Positions 26,637 to 40,810 of a stretch of DNA of 64,000 bases are shown in pieces. Source of the stretch: Octopus vulgaris (Eukaryota); NCBI GenBank assembly GCA_951406725.2, contig OX597835.1:32364001-32428000 (forward strand). The letters run 5' to 3'. Position 1 is the stretch's first letter. Every line of letters begins with the position of its first letter. The notes under the pieces were generated by a model. It saw nothing but the letters and a program-made list of their open reading frames with translations. It ran no database searches and was not told the DNA's origin. The position numbers were made by a program, and so were the translations under genes.

Positions 26637-26960
26637 GTGAAGGCGCGTGGCTTAGTGGTGAGGGCATTCGGCTCACGATGGTAAGATCGTGAGTTCGATT
26701 CCCGGTGATGCGTTGTGTCCTTGAGCAAGACACTTTATTTCACGTTGCTTCAGTCCAATCAGCTGGCAAAAATTAGTTGTACCTGTATTTCAAAGGGCTG
26801 GCCTTGTCACACTCTGTGTCACGCAGAGCCACCCTGAGAACTACGTTAGGGGTACGCGTGTCTGTGGATCGCTCAGTCACTTGCATGTTAATTCCACGAT
26901 CAAGCTGTTTCATTGATCGTATCTGCTGGGACCCTCGTCGTCGTAACCGACAGAGTGCTC
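26637..26960 (+). mobile_element. SINE family C variant
   Basis: GTGAAGGCGCGTGGCTTAGTGG head and CCTTGAGCAAGACACTT core; related copies at 22550-22870 (-) and 63868-64000 (+). Confidence 0.8.
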
Positions 26961-27036
26961 CTACATACTATTGATTATATTCAATCGTTTAATGTTACAA
27001 ACACCGGACATAAACACACACATACGCACGCACACA

Positions 27037-27111
<75 letters not shown>

Positions 27112-27190
27112 GATTATTATTTGAGGGAATAAGATCCAAACTTACAAGGAAAAAAATTCAATTTAGAAATACTAAATCAAATTTCACGCA

Positions 27191-27246
<56 letters not shown>

Positions 27247-27420
27247 GTATGTATATATATAATATATACATACATACATACATACATACATACATACACA
27301 CCACATACATATATATTATATATATGTATAAAATTTCTAATATTTCTATTATATGTAATTTTCCAGATGGTGTAATTTAATTGTTCAGTTTGAATTGATA
27401 AAAGGTGGGGGTTTTTCTAA

Positions 27421-27481
<61 letters not shown>

Positions 27482-27583
27482 ATAATTTCGTTAGCTGTGA
27501 AGTAAGAATGGATTGCTAATATTAATTTGGAAAAAAGTTTTGTGAAAGAAGAATAGAAAAAAACCAAACTTTTGATAACTCAC

Positions 27584-27678
27584 AGGCAAATTATTCGAAG
27601 ATTCAATTATGGTGAAATCGGTGAAGAAAGTATCCCTTGCTCCTCTGTTAGGTTCTGCTGTATAATCCATACTGATAT
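27584..27678 (-). CDS. EVC2: EVC2-like coding exon 4
   Basis: catacag|(N)ISMDYTAEPNRGARDTFFTDFTIIESSNNLP|gtgagt, 95 nt, phase 1-0. Confidence 0.75.
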
Positions 27679-29214
27679 CTGTATGTCGTTTTTGTTGTTG
27701 TTGTTGTGGCAGTTGTGGTTGTTGGCACCATGCACGTAGAGGTAACCATAGTAGTAGTAGCGTTGGTGGTGGTAGTGGTATATTTTAATTGAAAATTTTT
27801 AAAAAATAAGGATCATTATATTAGCAATGCTGATTAGCACAGGACCTCAATATTGGATTGGTAGATTTTTTTTCATTTTTTTATAAATATTTGTTCAGCC
27901 CCAGAGCTCTTAAATCTTGTTACCCGGTTTCCCACAGCATATAAATGGATGTATTCACAACAATTCCCTTATACGAGACCCTTGTCCGTTGCAGAATTCA
28001 AGGATAAAAATTTTAAATGGGAAAGGCGGGGAACAAGTCAACTGCATCGACCCCCAGTATGAGTTTGATATTTTTTCTATTTCCACTCTAAGGATTAAAA
28101 GGCCCAGTTGACCACGGCGGAATTTGAACTTCTAGCGTATTTAGTCAGAAATATGACTAAGTATTTTGTGCCAACTCACCCACCAAATTTATTCCATGGT
28201 ACCAAGTTAAAAAGAATTAGTAGCCGACCTAGCAGGATTCGAACCCAGAATGTAAATATACTTTACAAAGTATAGAAACTAGCATAATTAGTTATAAATA
28301 TCACTACTCTTTTTGTGCCAATTCGCCCAAGTAATTTGTTTCATGGTACCAAGTTAAAAAGTGCTTATTCAAATTGTGTCTTTTGCCGAACCGCTAAGAT
28401 ACTGGAACGTAAACACAAAAATGGTTGTCAAGCGGTGACGGGGGACAGGCGCAGACTCACACACGCTCGCTCGTGCGCGCGCACACACACACAACACACA
28501 CATATACGACAGGTTCTAGTTAATCCAAATCCTCTCACAAAGCTTTTGTCGACCTAAGACTATAGTAGAAGACATTTGCCTAACATACCACACAGTGGGA
28601 CTGAACACGGAACCATGTTATCGGGAGACAAGCTTCTTACCACACAACCACATATGAATACATGTAGTAATAGGTTAGTACGATGTAAAGTTCCTAATGT
28701 AGGAATTTAGAGAGTGTCTATCATGTATACAGCTAATGTAGGTGACAAAATGTTTTATTAACCGTTGAAAGTTACACGTTTCGTCCCATACTGAAATAAA
28801 AGGAAATTTCGATAAACTGTCAGTCACCATAAAATTCACGGTTTTGCAACTGAAGCTGCTAAAAGTGTGAATAAAAATTCAAAAATGTAAGGAATGGAAA
28901 GGGTAAATAAAGACTACATATGTTTCATAACCAAAACAATGTTTGTTACGTAACTTGAAACATACATAAAAGTTGCTTAGCTAATTTGCCCTTAATGTCC
29001 AAAGTTGGTTACCCAGCTAATAATCTTTAACCCCTAATATATCAAGCTGTCCTAGTGATTACATCCAACGTAGCCGACATAATGCGCCATCTTAATAAAA
29101 GAATATCATATGTGTATGCATGTACGTATGTATGTATGTATGTATGTATGTATGTATGTATGTATGTATGTATGTATGTATGTATGTATGTATGTATGTA
29201 TGTATGTATGTATG

Positions 29215-29248
<34 letters not shown>

Positions 29249-30535
29249 TGTATATATGTATGTATGTATGTATGTATATATGTATGTATGCATACATGCA
29301 TGCATGTATGCATGTATGTATGTATGTACGTCCAATAAACACCCTCCTCACCAAGTAAGTTTGATGGGGTTGCCGGTTTTGGTTTTAGCTGCCAATTCTG
29401 TACAAGACATTGTGGATCTAAAAAGTCACATTCGATCACAGCACCAATAACAGTTAAGCTTCGTGCAATGGCCATACTCGATAACGAGGGGGCAGCCATC
29501 ATATGTATGTATGTATGTATGTATGTACGTACGTACGTACGTACGTATGAATGTATGTATGTATGTATGTACGTACGTACGTATGTATGTATGTATGTAT
29601 GTATGTATGTATGTATGTATGTATGTATGTATGTATGTATGTATGTATGTATTATGTATTATGTATGTATGTATGCTATCGGAGTCGATAAAACACTGAA
29701 AAAATCCAAGTAGATTGACGAAACTCTAAGAACACCAGATTAGATCTATTTATGCTGTTTCTTCCATTTCTGCGTTCTCAGTTGAAATACTGCTGTGGCT
29801 GTCTGCGATACTAGAGGAAATCCATCACCCGTGTTCACATCAGTACCTAGTACCTTTGATAGCTTTAGCAGAATTCCTTTTGTAAGCTATTGGGCCAAGT
29901 CTCCACTTTGAGAATAGTGAAACTTTCCTCCTTCTTTCCTTCCTAGCAACCTTGGACCCTCAATGAAGGATCATGGACGCTGTCTTTATCCCATAGTCAC
30001 ATGCTTACCTAGTTATTAATCATACTTATTCGTTTATTGACATGGAACACTAGTTTAGTTATGACTGTGTGTTTAAGAAGGTCGCTTTGCAACTAACTGG
30101 TTTCAGGTTCAATCCCATTGCGCGGCACCTTGGGCAACTGTCTTCTGCTATAACACCAAGCCAATAAATGCCTTGCGAGTTAATTTGGTTGACGGGAACT
30201 GTGTGGAGGCTGTCGTTTATATACGCGTGTGTGTGTGTCTGTCAATCTGTCTGTCTGTCTTTTTATCTGTTTTTGTACCCGCACCTTTTACTGAAACAAA
30301 TAAAGTTAGAAGGTAAATTATACAAATTTACCTTCACAAATTTATATTAAATGCAAATTTATCAATGATGGGTGAGATTTTAATTTTCTTGTCCGGTGCC
30401 AGAGACATCTTTGGTCATGTTTTGGTCTTATACCTGTCTCATCACCATTGAAGCATAATCTCACCTTAGACCTATTTGACGTAATGGTGTCGTTTTAGTA
30501 TACCAAAGTACTTCACTAATATTTATGTAACTTAC

Positions 30536-30731
30536 TTTGTACGTCGCTGAAGTTCCATATAAACTGGTAATCGTTAACCATCGGAAGTGGATTTGGTTCA
30601 GGGATAATTCTGAGACCAGGTCTGAATTTGTTGTGGACAAGCACGTTCTCCATTTGCATAGTAGAAATGTTTTCAAACTCTGCCTCGATTTGAATTCGAA
30701 TTCTTGGCATTACACGGGACCTCTTATCTAT
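30536..30731 (-). CDS. EVC2: EVC2-like coding exon 3
   Basis: ctttcag|[24 protein letters not shown]...FIWNFSDVQ|gtaagt, 196 nt, phase 0-1. Confidence 0.8.
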
Positions 30732-30891
30732 CTGAAAGGTCAAATTTCCAAATTAGCTTCGATATTCCAGTGACAAAGCTTCTGCATGGACACACAGACA
30801 CATGCGCGCACACACACACACACACATGAAGAGGCTTTGTGCATATGCAAACACAGATACTAAGACACACACAGATGTGTGTGTACATATA

Positions 30892-30925
<34 letters not shown>

Positions 30926-31153
30926 CATATATATACATATATACACACACACACACATACATACATACATACATACATACATACATAAATACATACACAC
31001 ATATATATATATACACACACACATACATACATACATACATACATACATACATACATACATACATACATACATACACACATATATATATATATACATACAT
31101 ACATACATATATATATATGTATGTATATATGTATAGATATATGTATATATGTA

Positions 31154-31227
<74 letters not shown>

Positions 31228-31328
31228 TTCATTAAAATTTTCTTTCAATTTAGCATTCTGCATTTTTACAATTTTTCCTTACTTATCATTTCTCCACGTG
31301 CGGTCAACACAACCCTACCATTTATTGA

Positions 31329-31367
<39 letters not shown>

Positions 31368-31639
31368 ATATTTCAGAATGGTCATATATATATATACGTA
31401 TGTATGTGTGTATGTATATATATATGTATACTAGGTATGGATGGGGGTAGATTGGAAATTTATCCAGGATTTATAAGGCAAATAAGAAAATGGAGAGGAT
31501 ACACAATCGGCAAACATCAGCCAGCAAACATTCAATTATATCTATTTATAAAGATATAATTGAATATTCACCGGCCGATGCTTGTCGATTGCATGTCCTT
31601 GCCCTCTTCTATTTGCCTCATATATATATATATATATAA

Positions 31640-32680
31640 ATCCTTAAATCCTTAAAAATGTTTTAGCCCGAAGGCCGCGGCCATGCTGGGCCACCACCGC
31701 TGAATGAGCTACACTAATATGTGAATCCACCTCTGATACGTGGCACTTGATCAACAAGGGAGTTCGATGCTGCTGCCCGCACCTGTGTCTCCTGTCGTGA
31801 TATAGGTTCGTCTGGGACCCCCGACAAGAAGAGATCCAGTTTAGTTTTAAAGAAACCCACATCCACAACATGTAAGTCTCTCAGGCATTTAGGGAGGATG
31901 TTAAAGAGCTGTGGTCCTCTGAAACCCAAGCTGTTGCAGTATCTGGTCCTGTATTTTGATGGTGATGTTGGAATCTTTGGCACCATGCAGTGGCGCCCCG
32001 TTCTACGATTGGAGTAACTTTGAATGCCAAAGTTTGGGACAAGACCCTCCAGGATTTTCCAGATGTATATCACCGCATATCTCTCCCGCCTCCGCTCTAG
32101 GGAGAAGAGGTTTAATACTTTCAGTCTTTCCCAATAGCTGATATTTTGCATTGAGACGATCTTCTTTGTGTAGCTTCTTTGAATTGCTTCGAGTTCTGCT
32201 GTTTGTTTTATATTGTGTGGTGACCATAGTTGGGAGCAGTAGTCCAAGCGGCTGAGGACGAATGTTTTCCAGAGGACAATCAGTGTCCCCTTCACTCTTG
32301 TTCTGAAAGTTCGGAGAATCCATCCAGCTAGCCGTCTGCATTTTATCACCAGATTAGTAATATGCACTTGGAAAGATGCATCATTGCTCATGTCAATGCC
32401 CAGGTCACGCACTGATTTTGACTCAGGGATTGCAATTCTTCCTGGGCCAGTTTATCCAGTCTGCACGTCGTTTACCTTTGTGTGCCGGTAGCGCAGGGCC
32501 TGGAATTTACCTGCATTAAACTGCATGTTGTTGTCCTCAGCCCACCTGTATATTGTATCCAACTCCTGTTGCAGATGCGCAATATTTTCAGGGCTTTGTA
32601 TTGTGTGGGAGACTTTTGTGTCATCTGCATAGCTAGCAAGGGTGGCCATCGTAGCAACTGAAGGCATGTCTGAAAGGGCC
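31640..32680 (-). mobile_element. 5'-truncated CR1/L2-type LINE (RT C-terminus)
   Basis: [45 protein letters not shown] and LFSLERRRER motifs; one stop; short-repeat tail. Confidence 0.9.
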
Positions 32681-32777
32681 ACATATATATATGTATATAT
32701 ATATACATATATATATATATATGTATATATATGTGTATATATATATATATATGTATATCTATGTATATATATGTATA

Positions 32778-32926
<149 letters not shown>

Positions 32927-33354
32927 GGTTAGTTGAGTTAGACGTAAAATAACTGTCTAAGGGATAAATGTATCCATTTTCTGTTTTCTTTGTATATGTT
33001 TGTGTATTTTATATATGAATATATATATTTATACATATTTTGTGTGTGTGTGTGTGTGTGGTGTTATCATGAACAAAACAAAGTAGAATACGCCAATGCG
33101 ATGAAAGATGCGAGCAAGGAATAACAATATTTAATAAACCTGGAAATATACAGGAGAAGAAGTAAGCCTAAAATAAAAGAAAAAGAGCTTAAAATATTGC
33201 AGCTAAAATAAAATTTGAATGGCTTTCCATTAAATAAGATATTCAAATAGACCAAGCCGTTCAATACTGATCAACCATCTGATCAATACTGATCAACCAT
33301 CCTTCACTCAAGAAGTAAGCTTAAAGTAACAGAGCTTAAAATACTGCAGATAGA

Positions 33355-33645
33355 TATCACCGTGACCGACCAGGCTATCAGATGTTGCTATACATCGCTG
33401 GTCACAATGCGCTTCGCATTGTTTTAGCCTTCAAATGACGCCACCCCTCTGGCTAAGCGAGCAGGCCAACAGAAGAAAGGGTGAGAGAAAGTTGTGGCGA
33501 AAGAGTACAGCAGGGATCGCCATCGTCCTCTGCCAGAGCCTCGTGGAGCCTTTTGGTGTTTTCGCTCAATAAACACTCACAACGAAACCGCGATCCTACG
33601 ACTGCGAGTCTGCTGCCCTAACCACTGGGCCATTGCGCCTCTACG
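33355..33645 (-). mobile_element. tRNA-derived SINE (GGAGGCGCAATGGCCCAGTGG head)
   Basis: Related to 18994-19140 (+) and 60030-60310 (+). Confidence 0.75.
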
Positions 33646-34084
33646 CAGATAAATATATCATTCGATAAATATAATTTGATATTTTCTCATGAATTCCCAT
33701 GTATAAAATAAAAATTGTTTTAAGATTTTTGAAATACAGATTCATTTTTGTTTATTTATTATTAATTCAATATCTTAAAGATGATCTTTATTTCTTTTTT
33801 CATTGTGATTAACTATATCAAGCCTGCATTTATTTTATTTGAGGGGAACTTAGACTTACCTAACAGTAAAATGAACCGACAAATAGAAATAGTTAACTAA
33901 CTAAAAATTAAAATTTTGAAAGTAAAATAATTTTGCCAAAAATTAAACAAAGAAAACGTTTAATTACTTCAATAGGCTTAAATTTTACTATAGTCAAACA
34001 TTTAATTTATTTACCTATTTTCTTTAGATTCGTAAAAAAATTTTAGTAAATAAAACAATTTTAACTACACGTTACAAAATATTT

Positions 34085-34500
34085 TTTTTTCTTTATTGCC
34101 CACAGGGGGCTAAACATAGAGGGGACAAACAAGGGCAGACAAACGGATTAAATCGATTACATCGACCCCCAGTGCGTAACTGGTACTTATTTTATCGACC
34201 CCGTAAGGATGAAAGGCAAAGTCGACCTCGGCGGAATTTGAACTCAGAACGTAACTTCAGACGAAATACCTATTTCTTTACTGTCCACAAGGGACTAAAC
34301 ACAGAGGGGACGAACAAGGACAGACAAACGGATTAAGTCGATTATATCGACCCCAGTGCGTAACTGGTACTTATTTAATCGAGCCCGAAAGGATGAAAGG
34401 CAAAGTCGAGCTCGGCGGAATTTGAACTCAGAACGTAGCGGCAGACGAAATACAGCTACGCATTTCGACCGGCGTGCTAACGTTTCTGCCAGCTCGCCGT
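34085..34500 (-). mobile_element. SINE family B head-to-tail dimer
   Basis: Junction GAAATACCTATTTC at 34263-34276. Confidence 0.85.
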
Positions 34501-34960
34501 CTTAAAGCAAACGTTTCTGCCAGCTCACCGACCCACAAATAGGTAATAATGGCTTCGACGTTTCGCACAACACCCACAATTTCGAGAGAGAGAGTAAGTC
34601 GATTAATGCCAGTGCTTAACTGGTACTTATTTCATCGACCCCGAAAGAATGAAAGGAAAAGTAGACCTCCGCGGAGTTTGACAAATAGATAATAATAATT
34701 TCAAATTTTGGCACAAGCCAGCAGTTTCGGGTGATGGGGTAAATCAATTAAAACACCCCCAGTGCTCAACTGGTACTTGTTTCATTGACACGAAAGGATG
34801 AAAGGAAACGTCGACCTCTTTGAAACTTGAACTCAGAACATAAAGACGGATGAAATTTCGCCAAACATTTTTGGCCAATATGCTAACGATTCTTGCCACC
34901 GCACAAAAAGTAGTCAAAAAAAATTAAGATTTTTGAGGATGGAAAATTTTTCAAATTTAC

Positions 34961-35110
34961 CGTTATCGTTTCATTAAACGTTGCATACAAACGGCTTGAA
35001 TTGTTTATACTTTCATGGAGCATAATGACTATTCGAATGTCTGTCAGCATTTCCTTCTTTTCAAGCTTTCCATTTCCGTCAACCGCCGCTTCTGACACCC
35101 ACAATGACTC
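34961..35110 (-). CDS. EVC2: EVC2-like coding exon 2
   Basis: ttttcag|ESLWVSEAAVDG...YATFNETIT|gtaaat, 150 nt, phase 0-0. Confidence 0.8.
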
Positions 35111-35162
35111 CTGAAAAATTTGAAAGAAGGAAGTTTGATAGCTAGCTAGCTAGATAGATAGT

Positions 35163-35257
<95 letters not shown>

Positions 35258-35491
35258 CTTTCTTTATTGGCCACACAGGGCTGAAATACAGAGGGAACAA
35301 ATACAAATGTAGAGATTTTCTTTTCGAAGATGGAAAAAGAAAAAAGGAAACAAAAATGGAGACAAATGTAAAATTCCGATCAAAAGGGATCGGGAAAAGA
35401 AAAGCGATCAAAAGGGATCGTGTATTACAGAAACAAATTCTTTTAACAGTGAGAAACAAGATTAGGTTCATCCGTGGGAAGAAAAGCCTAC

Positions 35492-35580
<89 letters not shown>

Positions 35581-36313
35581 GAATAGGTGGACAGACTGGC
35601 TGTGTGGCTGAGTGGTAAGTAGCTTGCTTACAAACCACATCGTTCCGGGTTCAGTCCCACTGCGTGGCACCTTAGGCAAGTGTCTTCTACCATAGCTTCG
35701 GGCCGACCAAAGTCTTGTGAGTGGATTTGGTAGACAGAAACTGAAAGAAGCAGGCCCTATATATGTCTAATCTATAAAATGAAGAAGGCGAACGTTGATA
35801 CAAATTGGATTTTTATGTAAAAAGGGGTCTAAATGGGGTTGGAAGGGGATTAAAATTTACAGGAGGGGGTAACATGAGGTGAGAAATTGATTGGGAGACG
35901 TTTTGGGGTGCTACAGTGGTTACTTTGGAGTGTAAACGGGATTTTATTGATTTGTGTGGACACTTGGAGGTCTAGATTGGAGACCTTTTGCTGGATTTCA
36001 ATCTAATTTTCAACATGGTAAAGTGGAAGCGGATTTGTAATTTAAGCGCGGTAATCTAATTCTTTATAAATGGGAGAAAGATGGATAGAGAAAGATAGAG
36101 AGTAAGAGAAAGCGACGGAGAGTCCGAGAGAACCGGTATGTTATTTTATCGATCAAGTTTGACGACCCGGCAACTTATTTTATCAATCTCCATTGGCGAA
36201 CCGCTAAGTTATTTTATCGATCTCGTTTGATGAATTGCAGACAGGCAGAGAGACATAGAGACAAAGAATTCTATATAGAGAGTTATACATACATACATAC
36301 ATACATACTCCCA

Positions 36314-36423
<110 letters not shown>

Positions 36424-36961
36424 CGGTGCTTAATTCATACCTATTTTATCGATTCTTAAAGAATGAATGGCACCGTCTAACTTGCTGGAATTTTAACATA
36501 GTATGTAAAAAGCATGTTGTCCGACTCGCTAAATGTTCTGCCGTTTTGCCTCTTGATTAAATTCAAATTTTGACACAAGGCACGCATTTTGTTAATGGTA
36601 AGGAATATGTCTATTATATCGATACCAGTGCTGCGCTGGTATTTATTCTATCGACCCTGGAATGATGAATGACGAAGGCGATCTCACCGAAATTTGAACT
36701 CAAAAATAAACAAATAACAAAAACATGGACGACATTATTGGTGTTCCAACGACTCCATACCTCGTGAAACTCATTGCCACCATCCAGAAATAACGGTTTA
36801 AAATTTTGGCACAATGCCAGCAATTTCGAGGGAGTAGTAGGTCGATTTCATCGACTCCCGGAGCACAACGGGTACTTATTACATCGATCCCAAAATGATA
36901 AACGACAAAAATCGACCTCGGTGGAATTTGAACTCTGAACGTTAAAGACGGAAGAAATACC

Positions 36962-37185
36962 TATTTCTTTACTACCCACAAGGGGCTAAGCACAGAGAGG
37001 ACGAACAAGGACAGACAAACGGATTAAGTCGATTATATCGACCCCAGTGCGTAACTGGTACTTAATTTATCGATCCCGAAAGGATGAAAGGCAAAGTCGA
37101 CCTCGGCGGAATTTGAACTCAGAACTTAACGGCAGACGAAATACGGCTACGCATTTCGCCGGGCGTGCTAACGTTTCTGCCAGCT
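36962..37185 (-). mobile_element. Young SINE B nested in an older SINE B with a 13-bp TSD
   Basis: CGGAAGAAATACC at 36949-36961 and 37186-37198 flanks the insert; host SINE spans about 36790-37240. Confidence 0.85.
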
Positions 37186-37299
37186 CGGAAGAAATACCGA
37201 TAAGTATTTTCCGTGGCATGCTAACAAAATCTGCCAACTTGCTGCTTTTATCTAGTATGTAATAACAACAACAACAAAAACAACACATAACAAACTTAC

Positions 37300-37485
37300 C
37301 CTTTGTAAAAGCTTCGGATTTCTGTTTGCATTTGCCATCCTCGTGTGAACACTAACTTCACGTAGATTCGAGTCCGCGCTGGCTCTCGGTAACAACAGGG
37401 GGAGAACTAAAACAACAGCATACAGGCTAAGTATTTTCACTGTTTCAGAAATTCCATAGAGATTTCCGGCCGCAGTATCACCCAT
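37300..37485 (-). CDS. EVC2: EVC2-like coding exon 1 (signal peptide)
   Basis: MGDTAAGNLYGISETVKILSLYAVVLVLPLLLPRASADSN...KLLQR followed by donor gtaagt, phase 0. A possible upstream acceptor at 37670-37671 implies 5' UTR exon(s). Confidence 0.75.
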
Positions 37486-37877
37486 TTTGCATTGGAATTT
37501 TGCAGTGATTCTGTCGTTTATTTCTTCTTCTTTTTCTTTCTGTTTTTCTTGTTGTTTGGCTTTATAAATGCTTTCAGTGTTTATATTTTATCTTTCATTA
37601 TCTTTAAACTTTGTGTTCTCTGCTTGTTTCAGGCGATCTGTTATGCCAGTTTAAACGTGCCGAATAAAACTGGTGAGGGATAAAAATAAACCCGTATATG
37701 AGACACGGTTGAGAAACAATTTCATATAAACTATAAAATAAGAAATACATCAAACATGCAATAATTGAATAGTAAACAACAAAATGAGTGCTAAATTTTT
37801 TAAAAATGAAAGATTAAAGGCAAAATAGCGGTAGTCGATAAAATTTAAAGATCGAAGTTTGTATTTATATACTCTCT

Positions 37878-38288
37878 ACTCTTTTACTATTTTACTTGTT
37901 TCAGTCATTTGACTGCGGCCATGCTGGAGCACCGCCTTTAGTCGAGCAATTCGATCCCGGGACTTATTCTTTGGAAGCCTAGTACTTATTCTATCGGTCT
38001 CTTTTGCCGAACCGCTAAGTTACGGGGACGTAAAAACACCAGCATCGGTTCTCAAGCGATGTTGAATGGGACAAATACAGACACACAAATATATACACAC
38101 ACAAACATATATATATATATATACATATATACGACGGGCTTCTTTCAGTTTCCGTCTCCCAAATCCACTCACAAGGCTTTGATTGGACCGAAGCTATAGT
38201 AGAAGACACTTGCCCAAGATGCCACGCAGTTGGAATGAACCCAGAATCATATGGTTGGTAAGCAAGCTACTTACCACACAGCCACTCC
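37878..38288 (-). mobile_element. SINE family A
   Basis: Match to the other copies. Confidence 0.9.
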
Positions 38289-38374
38289 ATGTATGTATGT
38301 ATATATGCATACATGTATTTACATATATACATGTACGTATTTACATATATAACTATATACACATGCATACATGT

Positions 38375-39030
38375 GTATAGGACGTCAAGAAACGTAGAAC
38401 ATGAATTACAAAATCATGTTATAATTCTGATGTGACATTATTCCATCACTATCTCTATTCCTCTCTCTCTCTCTCTCCCTCTTTCTATATTCTTTTTTCT
38501 TTCCTACGCTTTCTCTAATTCTTCTCCTCTCCCCTTCACCGTTCTCTATCTGTTCCACTCTCTCCCTCACACTTACTCCTTGACTTTCCCATTTCTCACA
38601 CGTGACCAGCAGCCATCCTTCTTCTCCTAACTCAAATTTCTTTTTTTCTTCTCGTTCAGCTACAAGAGATAGCACGCATTTTCGTCTGTCTCCTGTCAAA
38701 GCTTGTTCTCCAGCGCACACCACTTCACCTTGTTATGGATTAACAGCCCTTACCGTTTGTTTTAACGGTCCTGTTTTTGTTACCAGCTTTGACCCTCCGC
38801 AAATCCCAAATTTTATTTATTTTGCTTTACGGGAATGAATTTTTGACGAAGACGCATCTTGTCCTAACGCTCGAAATGCGGAGTAGATAAAACAGTGAAC
38901 AACTGATGAAGGGATTGTTCCTAATGTTACCTGTCTCATTTTGTTTCTTTCGTTGTCCATTTTCCATGTGTTTGTAATTCATGTTCTCGTTTTTCATGTA
39001 TGCTGTTTACGTTTATTGACGTCCTATACC
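38375..39030 (+). mobile_element. Putative Penelope-like terminal repeat with an inverted end
   Basis: TATAGGACGTCAA...AGAACATGAATTACAAA at the left is inverted relative to 38970-39028; diverged relatives at 44880-45230 (+) and 45760-46260 (-); TA-rich flanks. Confidence 0.5.
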
Positions 39031-39177
39031 AATATATGCATGTCTATATACATATATATGTAAGTATGTATATTTATGTATGTATATATGCATATATATA
39101 TATATAAATATATATATATATTATTTATATTATTTTATGATCGAACGCCACGCATCTATTTCCAAGTAAGTTTTATA

Positions 39178-39269
<92 letters not shown>

Positions 39270-39481
39270 CATATGAATTGCTTTCAATGAAGCACTAATA
39301 TGGTTTGATACACATCACTGCATCATGTGTGTATGTGTTTGTGGTTGTACGTATTCATTTATAATAACTTAGATCGTTAACGCCTCAACCTTATTTTTTA
39401 TTGATATTTATCTTGTTTAATAGAATTTTAGATTATCAACAATTAGTAAGTAACAAATGGCTTACACGCAAAACCTACATA

Positions 39482-39514
<33 letters not shown>

Positions 39515-39519
39515 GTCAA

Positions 39520-39790
39520 CACTACATTTTACCTCAACTGGTCCAGCTCTCTTTAATGCCATATCAAAATACATCAAAACGGAAACAGATCCCAATTCGA
39601 AGGTTCTCTGGACAAGTTTCTCCAAAAAGTCCCATACCAACCTCCTACACCCGGATATGTCTACAACAATAACTATTTGCTAGAGTGGGCCATGGCGCCC
39701 CATATATGACTAAAAGTCTTCATCGGCTGGTTCTATTAAGTTAGATATGGCCTGGGCCGATACTGGCCGAAACCTATCTAAGTTATCTAA
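39520..39790 (+). mobile_element. CR1-type LINE 3' fragment
   Basis: FEGSLDKFLQKVPYQPPTPGY resembles the C-terminus of the 31.7-kb LINE; TATCTAAGT repeat tail. Confidence 0.6.
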
Positions 39791-39819
39791 GTTATATATA
39801 TATAAATATATATAGATAG

Positions 39820-39903
<84 letters not shown>

Positions 39904-40019
39904 TAACTTATAAACAAGGGCAAAAGAAAAAAAAATGTTTATGCCAAATACGCCGAAACTAGGCACATCGTCCATAACTATATAATTCATCACTATAAGT
40001 ACGTGTCTATATATATAAT

Positions 40020-40075
<56 letters not shown>

Positions 40076-40730
40076 TTATCTAAGTTATATATATGTATAT
40101 ATATATCTTACATATATATATGTATATATATATCTTACATATAAATGATACCTAAGACAATTAACACATTGTTACCCTACTAAAATGAATATAATCTTTG
40201 GAAATAATTTTTGAAAAAGCTTTTTAAGTAATCTATGAATAACCCTTGCAAGGGGAAATTACTCCCATTAGGCGTGGAACTATATATGCCCTTAGGATTC
40301 TTTGACGATGTTAAATTTTTGACAAGCAGGCCGAGTCGAACACACGAACACAAAAAATTCTTTCAGCCGCTTGACTGGTTTTTTCAGCAGTGGTCATTTT
40401 GTAGCCCCCCTCGCCAGCACACGACCACGCACACATAGGCCATCACACACATACTTGCTTATAGGAGGCTTTTGCCTCGCCCCCCAAAATACACCCAGTA
40501 TTCTTAAATTTTTCAGAACATTAGTGTTGGTCACACAGAGCATCCCCACACCCCTTGCTTCCACCGACTAGATCTGACCGCCGCCTGACCTGTAGATATC
40601 TTCAACGCACCAAATCCCCGATTTCAACGTACATTGATAATCAGTTCAGCCATGGGCTCCTAAGGAGCATCTTCGTTCGAATTGCTGTGCCTCTGTTTTG
40701 TTTTGTCCTGTCAACGGAATTCCTGTTTTT

Positions 40731-40810
40731 TTCCTGAAGAGAAAGCCGCAATATGGTACCCTCATTTAAACAGAATTTGGAAATTTGTGGCCTTCGAAAC
40801 ATGTGTAGAA
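40731..40810 (+). ncRNA. Minimal type I hammerhead ribozyme in a Penelope-like terminus (~40200-41022)
   Basis: UUC-CUGAAGA-GAAAGCCGCAA...UUGUGGCCUUC-GAAAC-AUGU-GUA-GAA, then AATAAA at 40814-40819; the element ends in (TA)n. Confidence 0.75.

Noticed and set aside
28680-28870. Possible extra EVC2-like exon between exons 3 and 4
   Set aside because: There is a good acceptor and an open frame, but no phase-1 donor to rejoin exon 4.
30331-30471. Possible additional exon just downstream of exon 3
   Set aside because: The phase-compatible frames contain stops.
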